From Neocallimastix sp. 'constans' (lineage: Eukaryota), in NCBI GenBank assembly GCA_050613775.1, contig JBODTK010000001.1:186001-250000 (forward strand): 64,000 bases of DNA, in the 5' to 3' direction. The notes under the pieces were generated by a model, which saw nothing but the letters and a program-made list of their open reading frames with translations, was not told the DNA's origin and did no database searches. Shown one piece after another: positions 1 to 21,648 of this stretch (position 1 is the first letter of the stretch; every line of letters starts with the position of its first letter). Both the position numbers and the translations under genes were made by a program.

Positions 1-465
1 CGTCAACAAGCTCGTGATTGTGGTACTATTGATATTACAGCACACTTTGAACAATGGGAAAAACTTGGAATGAGAATGGGTAATTTACATGAAGCCAAAG
101 TATTAGGAGAAGCAGGTAGTAATGGAGCTGGTACTAGTGGTACAGCCGATTTCCCATATGCTAAAGTTTATATTGGACAAGGAAATGGAGGAGCTGGTAA
201 TGCTGCTGCACCAGCCCCAGCCCCAGCTGCTAATAATAATGGAGGTAATAACGGAGGTAATAATGGAGGAGATTGGAATAATTGGAACAACAATAACAAC
301 AACAATGGTTGGAATAATAATAATAATAACAATGGTTGGAATAATAATAATAACAATGGTTGGAATAATAACAACAATAATGGATGGAACAATTGGAATA
401 ATAACAATAATAATGGTTGGAATAATTGGGGTAACAACAACAATGGATGGCACAACTGGTACTAA
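1..465 (+). CDS. GH11 endo-1,4-beta-xylanase, C-terminal part (5'-truncated by window edge), followed by an Ala/Pro linker and a Gly/Trp/Asn repeat tail
   Basis: Frame 1 from base 1 reads RQQARDCGTIDITAHFEQWEKLGMRMGNLHEAKVLGEAGSNGAGTSGTADFPYAKVYIG. This is the C-terminus typical of Neocallimastix-type GH11 catalytic domains, with the acid/base Glu in GEAG. Stop TAA at 463-465. Confidence 0.9.
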   Translation, partial: RQQARDCGTIDITAHFEQWEKLGMRMGNLHEAKVLGEAGSNGAGTSGTADFPYAKVYIGQGNGGAGNAAAPAPAPAANNNGGNNGGNNGGDWNNWNNNNNNNGWNNNNNNNGWNNNNNNGWNNNNNNGWNNWNNNNNNGWNNWGNNNNGWHNWY

Positions 466-1039
466 GAACATTAATAAAGTTCTCAATTAAACTCAATCAT
501 TTTTTCTTTATTTGTTAAATTCTTTAAAATGAATATTATCATTTTAGTATATACTTAAAAATAAATATAAACTAATAATTTATACTTTTTTTAAATAATA
601 AAATGTTTTATAAAAAATATGTAATATATGTAACGATTATTATATTAGATAAAAAATGTAAATTATTATTGTATTAATAAATATTTAAAAAAAATAATAA
701 ATAAAAAAAATATTTTTATTTTATTCAATGAAATTGTATATTTTACCATTCCTTTTGACTTTTACGCTGAATATTTTATATTTATATGTTATATATGTAT
801 TAAATGTTTATTATATATTTTTTTACAAAGAACAATCGATTTTATTTTTATTTTTAATTCTTTTAGTAATGCTTTATTATTAATTTATTTACTTTATTTT
901 ATATTCTTTTTAATTTTTTTTATTTTTTTATTTTTTTATTTTATTTTATTTTATTTTATTTTATTTTATTTTATTGATATTATATTTTATTTTATTAATA
1001 TTTATATATTTTGTGATTTCCTTTCTTTATAGTGTTTCT

Positions 1040-8899
<7,860 letters not shown>

Positions 8900-9999
8900 C
8901 TTAAAATTTTCTTTTCTTTTTTATAATCTTTTTATTTTATTTTTTATAATTTTTTTTTTATTACTTTAAACTTCTATAGATATTCTATTCTTTTCTAACT
9001 TGTTTAAAATTTAAAATACATGACCCTATTTTTAGATATATAAATAAATTTATATATTATATAATTATTTTTTTAATAATTCTTTCTTTTTTTTTTTTTT
9101 TTTTTTTTTTTGTTCTTTTTATATATTTCCTTATTGTTTTTTTTTTTTTTTTTTTTTTAAAGATTTATTAGTTTATGTATCCTAAATTTTTATTTGATAA
9201 AAAAAATTTTTTTTCAAAAATATTATTATAATATTCAAAATTAGGTAATATATATATTTATTAGAAGAATGATAAATTATAAATTTATTTGTATTTATTA
9301 TTTATTTATTTATTATTTGTTTATTTGTTTATTTATTTATTTATTTTTCATTTATTTATTTATTTATTTATCAATATTAATTAATAATTTTTTTTTTTTA
9401 TCGTTTTTTTTTTTTTTTTTACTTTTTTAAAAATAAAAAATATTTTAATAAATAAAACTTTTTTTTATTATTATTTAATTCATCGAATAATTTAACTACC
9501 AAACTTTATTCTTGTTTTTTTTTATTTCATATATTAATAAAATACAATTATTTATATCATTTTATTTTTCTTTATAAAACTATCATTTTTATTTATTAGT
9601 ATTTTTTTAAAGAAATAGATTCTTAATAATAATATATTTATTTTTCAATATTTACAATTAAAAAAAAAAAAAAAAAAAAAAAAATTTAAACCGTTATTAT
9701 TTATTATTTATTATTGTTATTATTATTGTTATTGTTATTATTTGTTTATTTATTTATTTATTATTGTTAATATTGCTATTATAATTACTATTTATTTACT
9801 TATTTTTTTTTATTTATTATTTATAATTATTTGTTTATTTATAACATTGGAAAAAGCATATAATATATTTATATATATATAATAAAAAAATAATAATTTA
9901 AAAATTTAAAAATTTTTAATAATTTTATTTAGAAATTGACAAAAAATTATAACATAAATATCTACTTTTTTACAAAGATTTTTTACATTTATATAAAAA

Positions 10000-10290
10000 G
10001 GACTTATTTTTTAATTTATAATGTATGATTTAATGTATTTTATATTCATATAATTATATTCAATGGAACATATATATTTTATTATACTAATTACTTGATT
10101 TAATAATAATTGTATAAATGAGGCTAATAAAATTTTTAAACTATATTAATTGTATCATAAACTCTATAAACTATATTTATTATATATCCTATTTATTTGT
10201 AATAAATGGTTTAATATTTAAAATTATAATATAAAATCCAAGTATTGATTAAATGTTAATTAAAAATTTAAACTAAAAAATAATAAATTT
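10000..10290. repeat. Diverged ~290-bp direct repeat, copy 1 (LTR-like; partner at ~11980-12290)
   Basis: Colinear shared blocks in both copies: gacttat..ttttaa, caatggaacatatata, taataataatt.tataaa.gaggct, tatatcct.tttatttgtaata, aaatgttaattaaaaatttaaac. Confidence 0.7.
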
Positions 10291-11979
10291 CCTTCATTCT
10301 CCTCTAAACAAAATATTAAATAAATATTAAAGACTTTTTTTATGTAAAATTAATTATTTGATTTCTTTTTTTTTTAACATCTTTTGTTAAAATATCTGCT
10401 AAATTTTCTTCAGATTTAATATAATGTATGATTACTTCTTTTCTTTTAATATTTTCCTTTGAAGTATTGATAGCTTACTCCAACATACCAACATATCTAA
10501 GTTTCTTTCTAATGACATAACTTTCAGTGGCAAATAAAAATGTTCTGTTGTCTCCATTTAAGTTTATTATAAATTTCATTTTGAATATTTCAAAATTTTT
10601 ATATGTATGAACTATTTACTACAGCTTCAGAAAGAGCAATATATTCTGTTTCTGCTGTAGAATCTTGTTACTGATTGTTATTGTCTTGATGTCTAAGAGA
10701 TTGGTCCTGAGGTTAAGAAAAAGATATCTCCTGAAGTTAATAAATCTCAAACAAAATCCAAATCTTTATAACCAACTAATTTTCCTATAATTTTATATGA
10801 GATATAATAATTTTCAATTTGATATAAATATTTATGAATATTAACTACTTTTTTTCAATCTAATGTTGTTGGGTTTGAATTTTTTCTTGATGCCTTGCTA
10901 ACGGAGAAGAATTTATTTTGTTGATTTAGATATGTGTATGTATATCAAACAGTCATCTTCGCTTTGGTAGATAGTCCTATCAAATGGTATTTTATTAATT
11001 AATTTTACATCTTACAAGTACATGGAACAGAAGCTTTATGATTTTTTTTTATAATATTAAATTTCTTTAATACATTTTCAATGTATTTTTCTCAGTAAAT
11101 TGTATATCCTAATTTATTTCATCTAATATTTAAACCCAAAATATAATTGATCTCTTCCCATTTAGATATTCTAAATTTATTCTTAATAATATTAATAATT
11201 TTAGAAATTTATTTTTTAATACTTATAATTAGTATATCATCTATATACTAGACTAATATATATATTACATCATTTATTTGTCCCACTTAATGAATAAATA
11301 CATTGTTCACTTCTTAACTGAAGATTGCAGATGAAGGTCATTGTATTATTTTCTTTTAGGTTTTGGAGTTCAATAGACATTTATAATAATAATACTATAA
11401 ATGTAATTAGTGTTTTGATATAGTATCTTCCTTGAAATTTTAACTTAATCTTACTTGACATAGTTTTACTTTTATTGCATTCTCTAAGATACCGTTGAGT
11501 CTTTCACAATTGCTTTTGAGATTTCTTGAAACAATAAGTCTTTTCTGAATGCCCTTTTCTGAACAAACCGATTCAAATTTATTGGAAGTATATTCCTTCC
11601 GGTTGTAAGATTGAATATTAGAGATGGTTAAATTCTATTCATTTGAGACCATTCCAATGAAATGAGCGAAAATGTCAGGTACTTTAGTTTCTAGTATTAC
11701 TATGGCAATTATAATTCATTTTGCAATTATTGTTAGTATTACTGTGACACTTGATTCATTTGCTATTTCTGGCGATATATGAGACTTCCTTATTTTCAGA
11801 AATATATATCTGACGGTTTCTTATTTACTCTTTCATATCTTTTAAATTCACTTTAATGTAGCCAGAGATAGTACATTTATTATTTAGTATTAGAGATCCA
11901 TGGAGACTCTTAATCTGACACAGATTGTAAAATAAATATTTACTTTTTTACTTAGATTATTTTTTTTTAATTTAAAAAG

Positions 11980-12290
11980 ACTTATCTTTTAATAACACAT
12001 GATTTAATATTTTTATATTTATAAAATTACTTCAATGGAACATATATACTTTACATACTTTATTATATTATATAGGTGCTTTAATAATAATTATATAAAA
12101 GAGGCTTAAAAAAATTTTTAAAGAATATTATTTATTATTTATATTAGAAACTATATAGTTTATATAGTTTTTTATAGTTTATTATAATAATATATCCTGT
12201 TTATTTGTAATATACCGTTTAAGATTATAATAAAAATAGAAGTATTAATGAAATGTTAATTAAAAATTTAAACAAAAAATACTAATTTTC
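11980..12290. repeat. Diverged ~300-bp direct repeat, copy 2 (LTR-like)
   Basis: Same colinear blocks as 10000-10290; flanks the copia coding relics. Confidence 0.7.
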
Positions 12291-12751
12291 TAATAGAAAT
12301 TAAAGAAAAATTAAATAAAATTCAAAATAATAATTATATAAATATAAAATGGGGATAAATGAATACTTAGTAAAATACTATATAATAATAATAATATAAT
12401 AAAAATAATACCTTTATATGATGATTAATAAAATAATGGTAATTATTATATAATTATCTTTGCTTATCTCTAATAAAAATAATTCCATTAATAAATATCA
12501 TTATTTACTATTAATATGAATATAATATCATATATAAATCTATATAAAAATGAGTAAAAATAAAAAAATAATTTAAACTTACAAAATAAATAAAAATTTT
12601 CCTATTAATATATAATAATATATTTAAATTTTATAAAAGTAATAGTATTATATAATACTATTATTTAATTAAGAATTAAAAATCATTTAATTTATATAAA
12701 AGTATTTTTATAAAGCCTTTAATGGCTTTAAAAAATTATTGCTGTGACATT

Positions 12752-12784
<33 letters not shown>

Positions 12785-13405
12785 AAAAGATTTTTTTTAT
12801 TTTTAAATTAAAAACATCTTATATATAAATTTATATATATAATAAAATAATAAAATAAAAATTTCTTTTTTTTTTTATTTCTAATATGGATTTCTATTTA
12901 AATTAATAATATCTATAAAAAAAATATTAAAAAGAATAATTATAATATCTAATTTTTTATATTGCATATATATTATATTTATATATCTTTTTATAAATAA
13001 TAGTATATAAATAATAAGAATAAATAATAAAATCTTTTTTCATTTTATAAGATAATAAAAATTCTTTTTAATTACAACCATCTTTATCATTCTTACTAAT
13101 TTATTAATAATAATAGTGTTCCATAAAACAAAAATATAATAATAATAAAATAAAACCTCTTTTTTTTCATGTTTAGTATTTTCATAATTATTATCCTTAC
13201 TATCTAAACTAAGTTTAATTCAATAATACAAACAATAAATATTTAAATTTAATAACCAGCTTGAAAAAATGATGATAAATTTAATAAATTAAAAATTTAA
13301 AGATTTAAAAAAACTAAAAAGTTAATAGAAAGATATAATATAAATAAAAACAAAAAAAATGATGATTATCTAAATAAAATTTAAATATTACTACAAAAAA
13401 TATAC

Positions 13406-13484
<79 letters not shown>

Positions 13485-13552
13485 TTCGATTATATTCTAT
13501 TTTATATGAAAGCATATCCACTAATTACTATAAATTGAAGTAAATAATTATA

Positions 13553-13584
<32 letters not shown>

Positions 13585-13965
13585 AAAATATATACTAAAT
13601 AATTAATTATCTACTATCATTTTTCAAATCTAAATAATAATAAATATATATATATATTATATAAATGAAGGGAAGATAAAAAAAATATAAAGAAAAATAA
13701 ATAAAAATAAACAACTGTTTCTAGTAATAATTAAATAATTATCTTATTAAACTTATTAAATTAATATTATTATCTTTTTTTTTTTTTTTTTTTTTTTTTT
13801 TTATTTTTTTATTACATCAATATCCATTGTTTATATATATATTTTTATATTCATATCCCATTAACTTATAATATTTATAAGTATTCTAAAATTATGTAAT
13901 TATTAATATTATATTTTATATATCTTTTATATTCATTAGGTTTTTTCTTTTTTCTTTTTTTTTTA

Positions 13966-14011
<46 letters not shown>

Positions 14012-14728
14012 TTTTATTATTATTATTATTATTATTAATTAAATAAAATGTTTTATATCATTTACTATTATACCATTAATTGATGTTTTATATATATATC
14101 TTTTTTCCAAATATAAAGTTTTTTTTTTTATAATTATTTATAAGTGCTATAATTAAATGTATTTATATATTATTATTATTATTAAATATTATAAAATAAA
14201 TATAAAACAAAATAAAAATGTTCTTATATAACTTGGTAAAAAAAAAATAAAATATAATAAAATAAATATATTTTAATAAATAAATAAATTAAATAATAAA
14301 TTAATTATATATGTAATTTTTTTCCTAATTTCTTGTATTTAGAGTGTTCTTTTTTTTTACATCTATTTTGTAATCCATTAATATTTATTTACTTTTTTTT
14401 ATTTTATTTATTTATTTATTTATTTATTTATTATTATGATTATTAATATTATTTTGTTGCTGCTTTTTTAAAAAAAAAAAAAAATATTGTGTTGCATCAT
14501 TATATAATATAGTTTTTGGAATTAATATATACGATATATATATATATATAAAAAGAAAAAAAAATTATAGGTGTATTATATATATATATATATATATTAG
14601 TTGAGGGTAAATCATGGTGATATTTTTTCAAATTGGTTATGTTATAGATTATATAAAAATAGTAAGTGAGGATTTATTCACAAAAATATTAATTTCTTTA
14701 TATATAAAAACAAAATTAAAAATTAAAA

Positions 14729-14766
<38 letters not shown>

Positions 14767-15232
14767 CTTATAATTGCTTCAATATTATTACTTTTATTCT
14801 TTTATTATATCTTTCTATATTTATATTTAGCAAATATCCTTATTACTTTTTTTAGTCTTTTATACATTTTTCTTATATTTTTTTTTCTTTCTTTCTGTTA
14901 GGCATTTATTATCATTAATATTATTATTATTATTATAATTTATCTAATATATAATTTTATTTCGCTATTAAGTTAATATTTTTTATAAAATAATTAATTT
15001 TTTTGTATAAGTATTAAATATTTCAGAATAGATTATAGTATATTTATGTATATATGTATGTATATATGTATATATAAATATATATATATATATATTTAAA
15101 TGATTATAATAACTATAAAATATTATTATTTTATGATAATTATAATAATAATTTTATAATTATGTTGGAAAATTGAAAATTAAAATAATATTAACTTATT
15201 AATAATAATAAGTTTAAATGATGGTGAATCAC

Positions 15233-15271
<39 letters not shown>

Positions 15272-15587
15272 TTTATATTATTATTAATAGTACTATTGAT
15301 ATTAATTATAATCTTTTATTTTTTTTTTTAATAATAATAATACTAATAGTAACAAAAATAATATATTTATCATCATTTTGTAAATTAATTATTATTTTAG
15401 TTTTTGACTTTGATTTTAATTTTGATTTTGGTTTTGGTTTTGATTTTGAATTTGGTTTGGATGAAATTTTATATTTTATTGTTAATATCATTAATTATTG
15501 TCTTTTCTATATTTTTTTATTATTTTTATTATTTTTATTATTTTTATTATTTTTATTATTACTTTTTATTATCATTAATTTTTTTTT

Positions 15588-16319
15588 CTAATTTTTATTA
15601 TCATGTGGTAAACAATATTCTTCAAATAAATCTGCAAGAAAACCTTTTGAATTTATTAAGGGAGGATATTCATCTGTTTTCATAATTAATAAATTTTCTT
15701 TTGGATAAGAAGAACGAGAAAGAATAAAGTTCTCAATGCATTCCGGTAAAAGTGTTCCAGATTTACTAATAATAATAAAAAGACAAGGCCAACGACCTTT
15801 ATAAATGGCTTCAGCTTTATTCAATAAAGACCAGGTATGAGGTCTACCATAACCAATTTGAACAATTCCATCTAAACCAAATTGTTGAAGAACATCTACC
15901 ATAATAACAGTAGGATTAGCTTGAGTACTTGGGAAAAGCTGAGCATAGAGGACATTATTACAATTATTTGAACCATCATCCACTACAGGATAACAAGAAT
16001 CTGTAATCCAACGACCATCTACAACATATTTAAATTTAGTGGTTACCTTTGGATTAATCATTACAGTACATTGAAAACACTTAGTTTCATAATTATAAGT
16101 CATTTTATCCGTTAATTTCCAATTATTAAAAGTCCCCGTAACATAAACATTATAAACAAATCCCCAATTTTCTGGACACCAAGTAAAAGTATATGGTTCT
16201 AATTGTACATTTTTTGATTCTTCCTGACAAGATTCTTCTCCATCACAACAATCTGAATTATCAAATTTTAATTTTGATAAATTTTGTATATCTTTATTAT
16301 TATGACTTACTTCCATCAT
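15588..16319 (-). CDS. CBM48/AMPK-beta-type glycogen-binding-domain protein, 243 aa, with an unassigned C-terminal domain
   Basis: Single ORF with coding-like GC. Contains YTFTW...VYVTGTFNNW...FKYVVDGRW...DDGSNNCNNVL, the AMPK1_CBM/CBM48 signature. Confidence 0.85.
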   Translation of the reverse strand: MMEVSHNNKDIQNLSKLKFDNSDCCDGEESCQEESKNVQLEPYTFTWCPENWGFVYNVYVTGTFNNWKLTDKMTYNYETKCFQCTVMINPKVTTKFKYVVDGRWITDSCYPVVDDGSNNCNNVLYAQLFPSTQANPTVIMVDVLQQFGLDGIVQIGYGRPHTWSLLNKAEAIYKGRWPCLFIIISKSGTLLPECIENFILSRSSYPKENLLIMKTDEYPPLINSKGFLADLFEEYCLPHDNKN

Positions 16320-16517
16320 TTTTTCTAACTTTTCTAACTTTTATATATATGTATATGTACGTTTATATATATATTTAAATGTTATATATATGAAATTTAA
16401 AGGAAAAGATATATATGATTTTCAATATTTCTTTTGATTTTAATGAAAATTAAATAGATATAGGTATTATTTATGTTAATTTTTTATTAATTATATAAAT
16501 TTTTCTGTTTATTCTTC

Positions 16518-16551
<34 letters not shown>

Positions 16552-17466
16552 TGTCAATAAATAATCTCAATTAATTCTATATCTATTTATTAAATGGATT
16601 TTTATTATATAAAAATTAAATAATATATTTTTAAATATATAATAAATATTTGTTAATAAACTAAATAAAAATTTTATAAAGGTTATTTTTTTAATCATTA
16701 ATAAGTATTAATAACAATATTTTAGAAATAGAGTAAAAATGAAATTATAATGTTTAGAAAAAAAAAATAGGAAAAAAGACTTATATTATTTCTTGTTATC
16801 AATTAAAATATATTTTATTATTATTTTAATTTTTTTTTTTTTTGTTTTTAAAATATTTATTTTTTATATATCTTTATATTTAGTTTTTGGTTTTATTTGT
16901 TTAATTATTTTTTTATCTGTCGATAGATAATACTAAATATTATATTCTTTTCAAATATACTTATAAAAAAATTATATTACGCCACAATTTTTTTCATTTC
17001 TTTTAATATTATATTTTTTTTTCCTAAAAAGAATATATGCTAATATTTTAATTATGCTATTAAATTATGCATGAATATTTTTTTTATATAATTTAAGGTA
17101 ACGAGTTATAAAAATTATTATAGTTATTAACTCTTCCAAAATATCTTCTTAATTTACTTTCATATAAATTAAAAATTAATGTATAAAAAAATATAATATT
17201 TAACTTTTTTCTTCTTTTTCTATTTTTTTTTTAATACTATTATTTTTACTTTTTTATTTACTCTTTATACTATTATTTTCATTATTATAAACATTTATTC
17301 TCTTATATTTTTCAATAAGAATAGTAATTATATATATATATATATGAATAATACCTTTAAAATAAAAAATATATTATTTATAACTTCTATAAATATTTGT
17401 GAGGTTTAAATTAATATCTAAATAAATATAGTAACTATCTTTATAATAGAACCTAAAATATTATAA

Positions 17467-17538
<72 letters not shown>

Positions 17539-17695
17539 AAATATTAAATATAAACAAAATAGGTCAGTAATTTTTTAGAAAAAAAAATATACGAAATAAA
17601 TTAATTATATATTTTTTTATATAATCAAAAAAAAAGTTATTAATTTATTTCCAAAATAATAAATCTGTTATTGTTGCTGTTAAAATCCAATATTA

Positions 17696-18029
17696 TATAA
17701 TATAATAAATATAATTTGTTATTTATATTTAACTTGATTCTTTCAAATAATATAAAATATATTTAATTTTTATTATTTTTTTTTATAATAAAGTATTAAA
17801 ATAAAATATAATATAATAAATATAATTTGTTATTTATATTTAACTTGATTCTTTCAAATAATATAAAATATATTTAATTTTTATTATTTTTTTTTATAAT
17901 AAAGTATTAAAATAAAATATAATATAATAAATATAATTTGTTATTTATATTTAACTTGATTCTTTCAAATAATATAAAATATATTTAATTTTTATTATTT
18001 TTTTTTATAATAAAGTATTAAAATAAAGT
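17696..18029. repeat. Tandem repeat, ~111-bp unit x3
   Basis: Anchor aacttgattctttcaaataatataaaatat recurs at 17731, 17842 and 17953. Confidence 0.9.
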
Positions 18030-20545
18030 ATAAGTATTTTCTATATGAAAATTTATATAAATTTATGTTTCTTTTTTAAATCCAAAATTTCATATAAAAA
18101 AAATAATATAATAAAAATTTTATAAATTCATTATATTTTAAAAATGTATACTTTAATATATTATATTTTCTTTATATTGATAATTTCATATTGTTATTAA
18201 ATTAATAGTTGATTTAAATATTGAAATTTCGTATTCATGTATAGAATATATATTAATCGATAAAGTAATTAATATTTAATGTTGTATTAAAATATAATAT
18301 ATCTAGCATCCACAAAAAAAATATTTTTATCAATTTCTTTTATTCTATGAATATTTATCACATTATATCTAAAATCACTCCTCAATTAACAAAAAAGAAA
18401 AAAAAAAAAAAAAGTTAATTGGATTATCAAAGAATTAATATGAAAATAAAAAAAAGTATAAGAAAAGTATATGATTTTTATTAATATAAACTTCTCTTTC
18501 TTTTTTCTTTTTCATTTATTTATATCCTTTGATATTATATTGTATTGTATTATATAGTTATATCTTATATTTCTTTGTTTATTAACTTATGGATAATAAC
18601 TCCCCTTTATTTTCTTTTCTTTTCTTTTTTATTTATATATATAGTATATAAAGTTACAAGTATATATTTTTAATATAATTATATTAATTACCTAATTCAA
18701 TACAGAAATTATTATTTTTTTATAAATATAAAAAAAAATTATATATAATATATATTTTTTTTTTCTTATTTTCATAATAAGAATAGCATAGTATATAAGT
18801 TCTTATTTCTAAAATAATTAAATATAAATAATCTTTAGAATTTTCAAAGCAACCACTTTTTTTTGTAACAACAAAAATAAAATAAAATTTTTAAAAAATA
18901 AAAAAAAAAAAAAAAATAGAATTAACAATACATTATTAACATTAATAATAATATAAAATAAAATAATATTATATGATTTTTAATAACAAATTTAATAATG
19001 ATTAATTTAATATTTAATAATTTAATATAGAATTAAATTATTAAATTGTTAATAAAAAAATTATAATAAAATAATAATTAATATTGTAATATATTATTTA
19101 TTATTTATTTATTATTTATTTAATTATTTATAAATATTCATTTATTTATTTATTATTTATTTTTTTTTTTTTTTTTTTTTTTACAGAATAACATCAAATT
19201 ACTATTTTTCTTTTTAAAGTTGTTATTTATTAATATACCATATAATATATAAATAAATTGTTAAATAAAAATAAAATATAATATTAACATATTAAAGAAT
19301 GAAAAATAAAAACTTTATATTAATATTATTAAAATAATATAATAGAAAGTATAATTAATAATTAACATGTAAAAAGATTATTAAAAATATATATATTTAT
19401 TAAAATTTAACTATTTATGTTTATATATATATATATATATATTTAATTTTTTTTTTATTTTGCTTTTTAAATAAATAATAATAAATAGAAAGAGAAATTT
19501 TAAATTAACAATATAAATTTAGATTTAATAACAATAATATATATATTGATTAAAAAAATAAAAAAAAAAAAAAAAAATTCATATTTTATTATATTAATAA
19601 TATATGAAATCTATTCTATATATTTAAATTTCTACACTTTTACTTTTTATAATCATATCCTTATTAACATATTATAATTATTTATTATAATTATTTTTAT
19701 TGCTATATTAATACTATATTTTTTATTCAAATTCTTTAAATGTTTAAAATTGATTATACAAATAAGTATATTCAATAACCATAAGCTATAAACCTTTTTT
19801 AAATAATAAATTCTTCATTACAATAACTTATCATGATTTAATAAAATATTATATTTTTATTATCATAATTAACATATAATTTTATAAATATTTAATATTT
19901 TTGCTATCATTATTACAAGATAATATTAATGTACTTTATATTTTATATTATATATTATATTCAATCCATTTATTCATTCATAAAGAATTCTTTTTATTTT
20001 TAATATTTAAAGTGTTTATTAATTATTAAATATAAATGATCTAATTATAATTATAAAATACTATTTTTAATATATCATCTCTTATCTCTCACAATATTTT
20101 TTTTCTTTTCTATCATTATTAGTTTTTAATTATTTTAGTGTCTTTTTTATTAATTAAAATATTTCATTTTAATTATAAAAAAAAAAATCAATTTAATTTT
20201 ATATTGAAAAAAATGGAATTTTTAATTATAAAAAATAATAAATAATAAATTAAAAAAAAAAAAAAAAAAAAAAATATTAAATTTTAATTTTAATTTAAAT
20301 TTTTTTTTTAAAATTTAATTTTAAAATTTTTAATTGAAATTTCTTTATACTTATAATATACTATATTAATATAAAATCATATATTATTTAATTATGATTC
20401 TGTTAATCAACTTTTTTAATTTATATTAATTAAAGCTAGTTTTTTTTTTAAATTTTTAATATTTATTTTTATATTTATTTATTTATTTATATGTTTATTA
20501 TTTATTTATATATTTATTTATATATTTATTTATTTATTCACATAT

Positions 20546-20648
<103 letters not shown>

Positions 20649-21617
20649 TACTTAAAGGTTACTTTACAGATTGTGCACTTTATATATAATGGTGTATATA
20701 ATTTGTTACATTAATATTAACAATATACTAATATATTCTAAAAAATGAAATATTTAAAAAAATAATAATTATTTTTTTTTCAAGTTTTTTTTCATTACTA
20801 TTGTTAATGGAAGAATAAATCCTCTTTTTATTATTTTTACTTATTAAATATTTATAAATATATTTATAAGGTACATTAATACTTAAAATGTAAATTTTGG
20901 ATTAAAATAGATATCAAAATATATAATAAATATTAATATATTTATATTTTTAAATACAAACATTAATTAGATGGATATTGATATATATATGATTAAAATA
21001 ATGCCATTTATTACCATTTATTATATGATTTAAAAAAATAAAAAAATTAATAAATAGCACATTTAATAAAATAGTACTGAATAGAAATTAAATTAGGAGC
21101 TTATCATTATTACAATTATAGTTGTACTTATTATTACAAAAACAAAAAAAAAATATATATATATATATATGATATTTAAAATGTATAAATGGTAAATAAA
21201 GCATTTTCAATATATTATTGCTCTTTATAACAAATTAAAAAAAAAAAAAGAAAAAAAAAATTCCATTATGGAATTTTTATATATAAATTAATGAATTTAA
21301 TACACCTGTAATAATAATTAATTTTTTTATTAGTTTGTTACAGAAAATATAACCATGAATAAAAAATGGAAAAAGCATGTTTTCTTTTTATTACAAATAA
21401 TATTACACAATAGAAAAAAAAAAAAAGAAAAAAAAAAGAAAAAAAAAAGTATTTATTAATTTGATTAAACTTTATTTTATTTAAATAAAATACAATAAGC
21501 TATTTTTAATATAATCCTTTGTTATATAAATTATTTATTAAATTTATTTTTATTCAATTTATATATATATATTACACTATTCTTTTATATATACATAATA
21601 TGTAATTATTTTCATTA

Positions 21618-21648
<31 letters not shown>

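Larger units (their letters stand above)
10000..12290 (-). mobile_element. Degenerate Ty1/copia LTR retrotransposon remnant (integrase, RT and RNase H fragments) between diverged direct repeats
   Basis: Minus-strand fragments: STAETEYIALSEAV (~10620-10660) and KSEENLADILTK (~10383-10420) for RNase H; LVYIDDIL (~11230-11255) for RT; IQSYNRKEYTSNKFESVCSEKGI (~11550-11620), integrase-like. Many stops and frameshifts. Confidence 0.75.
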
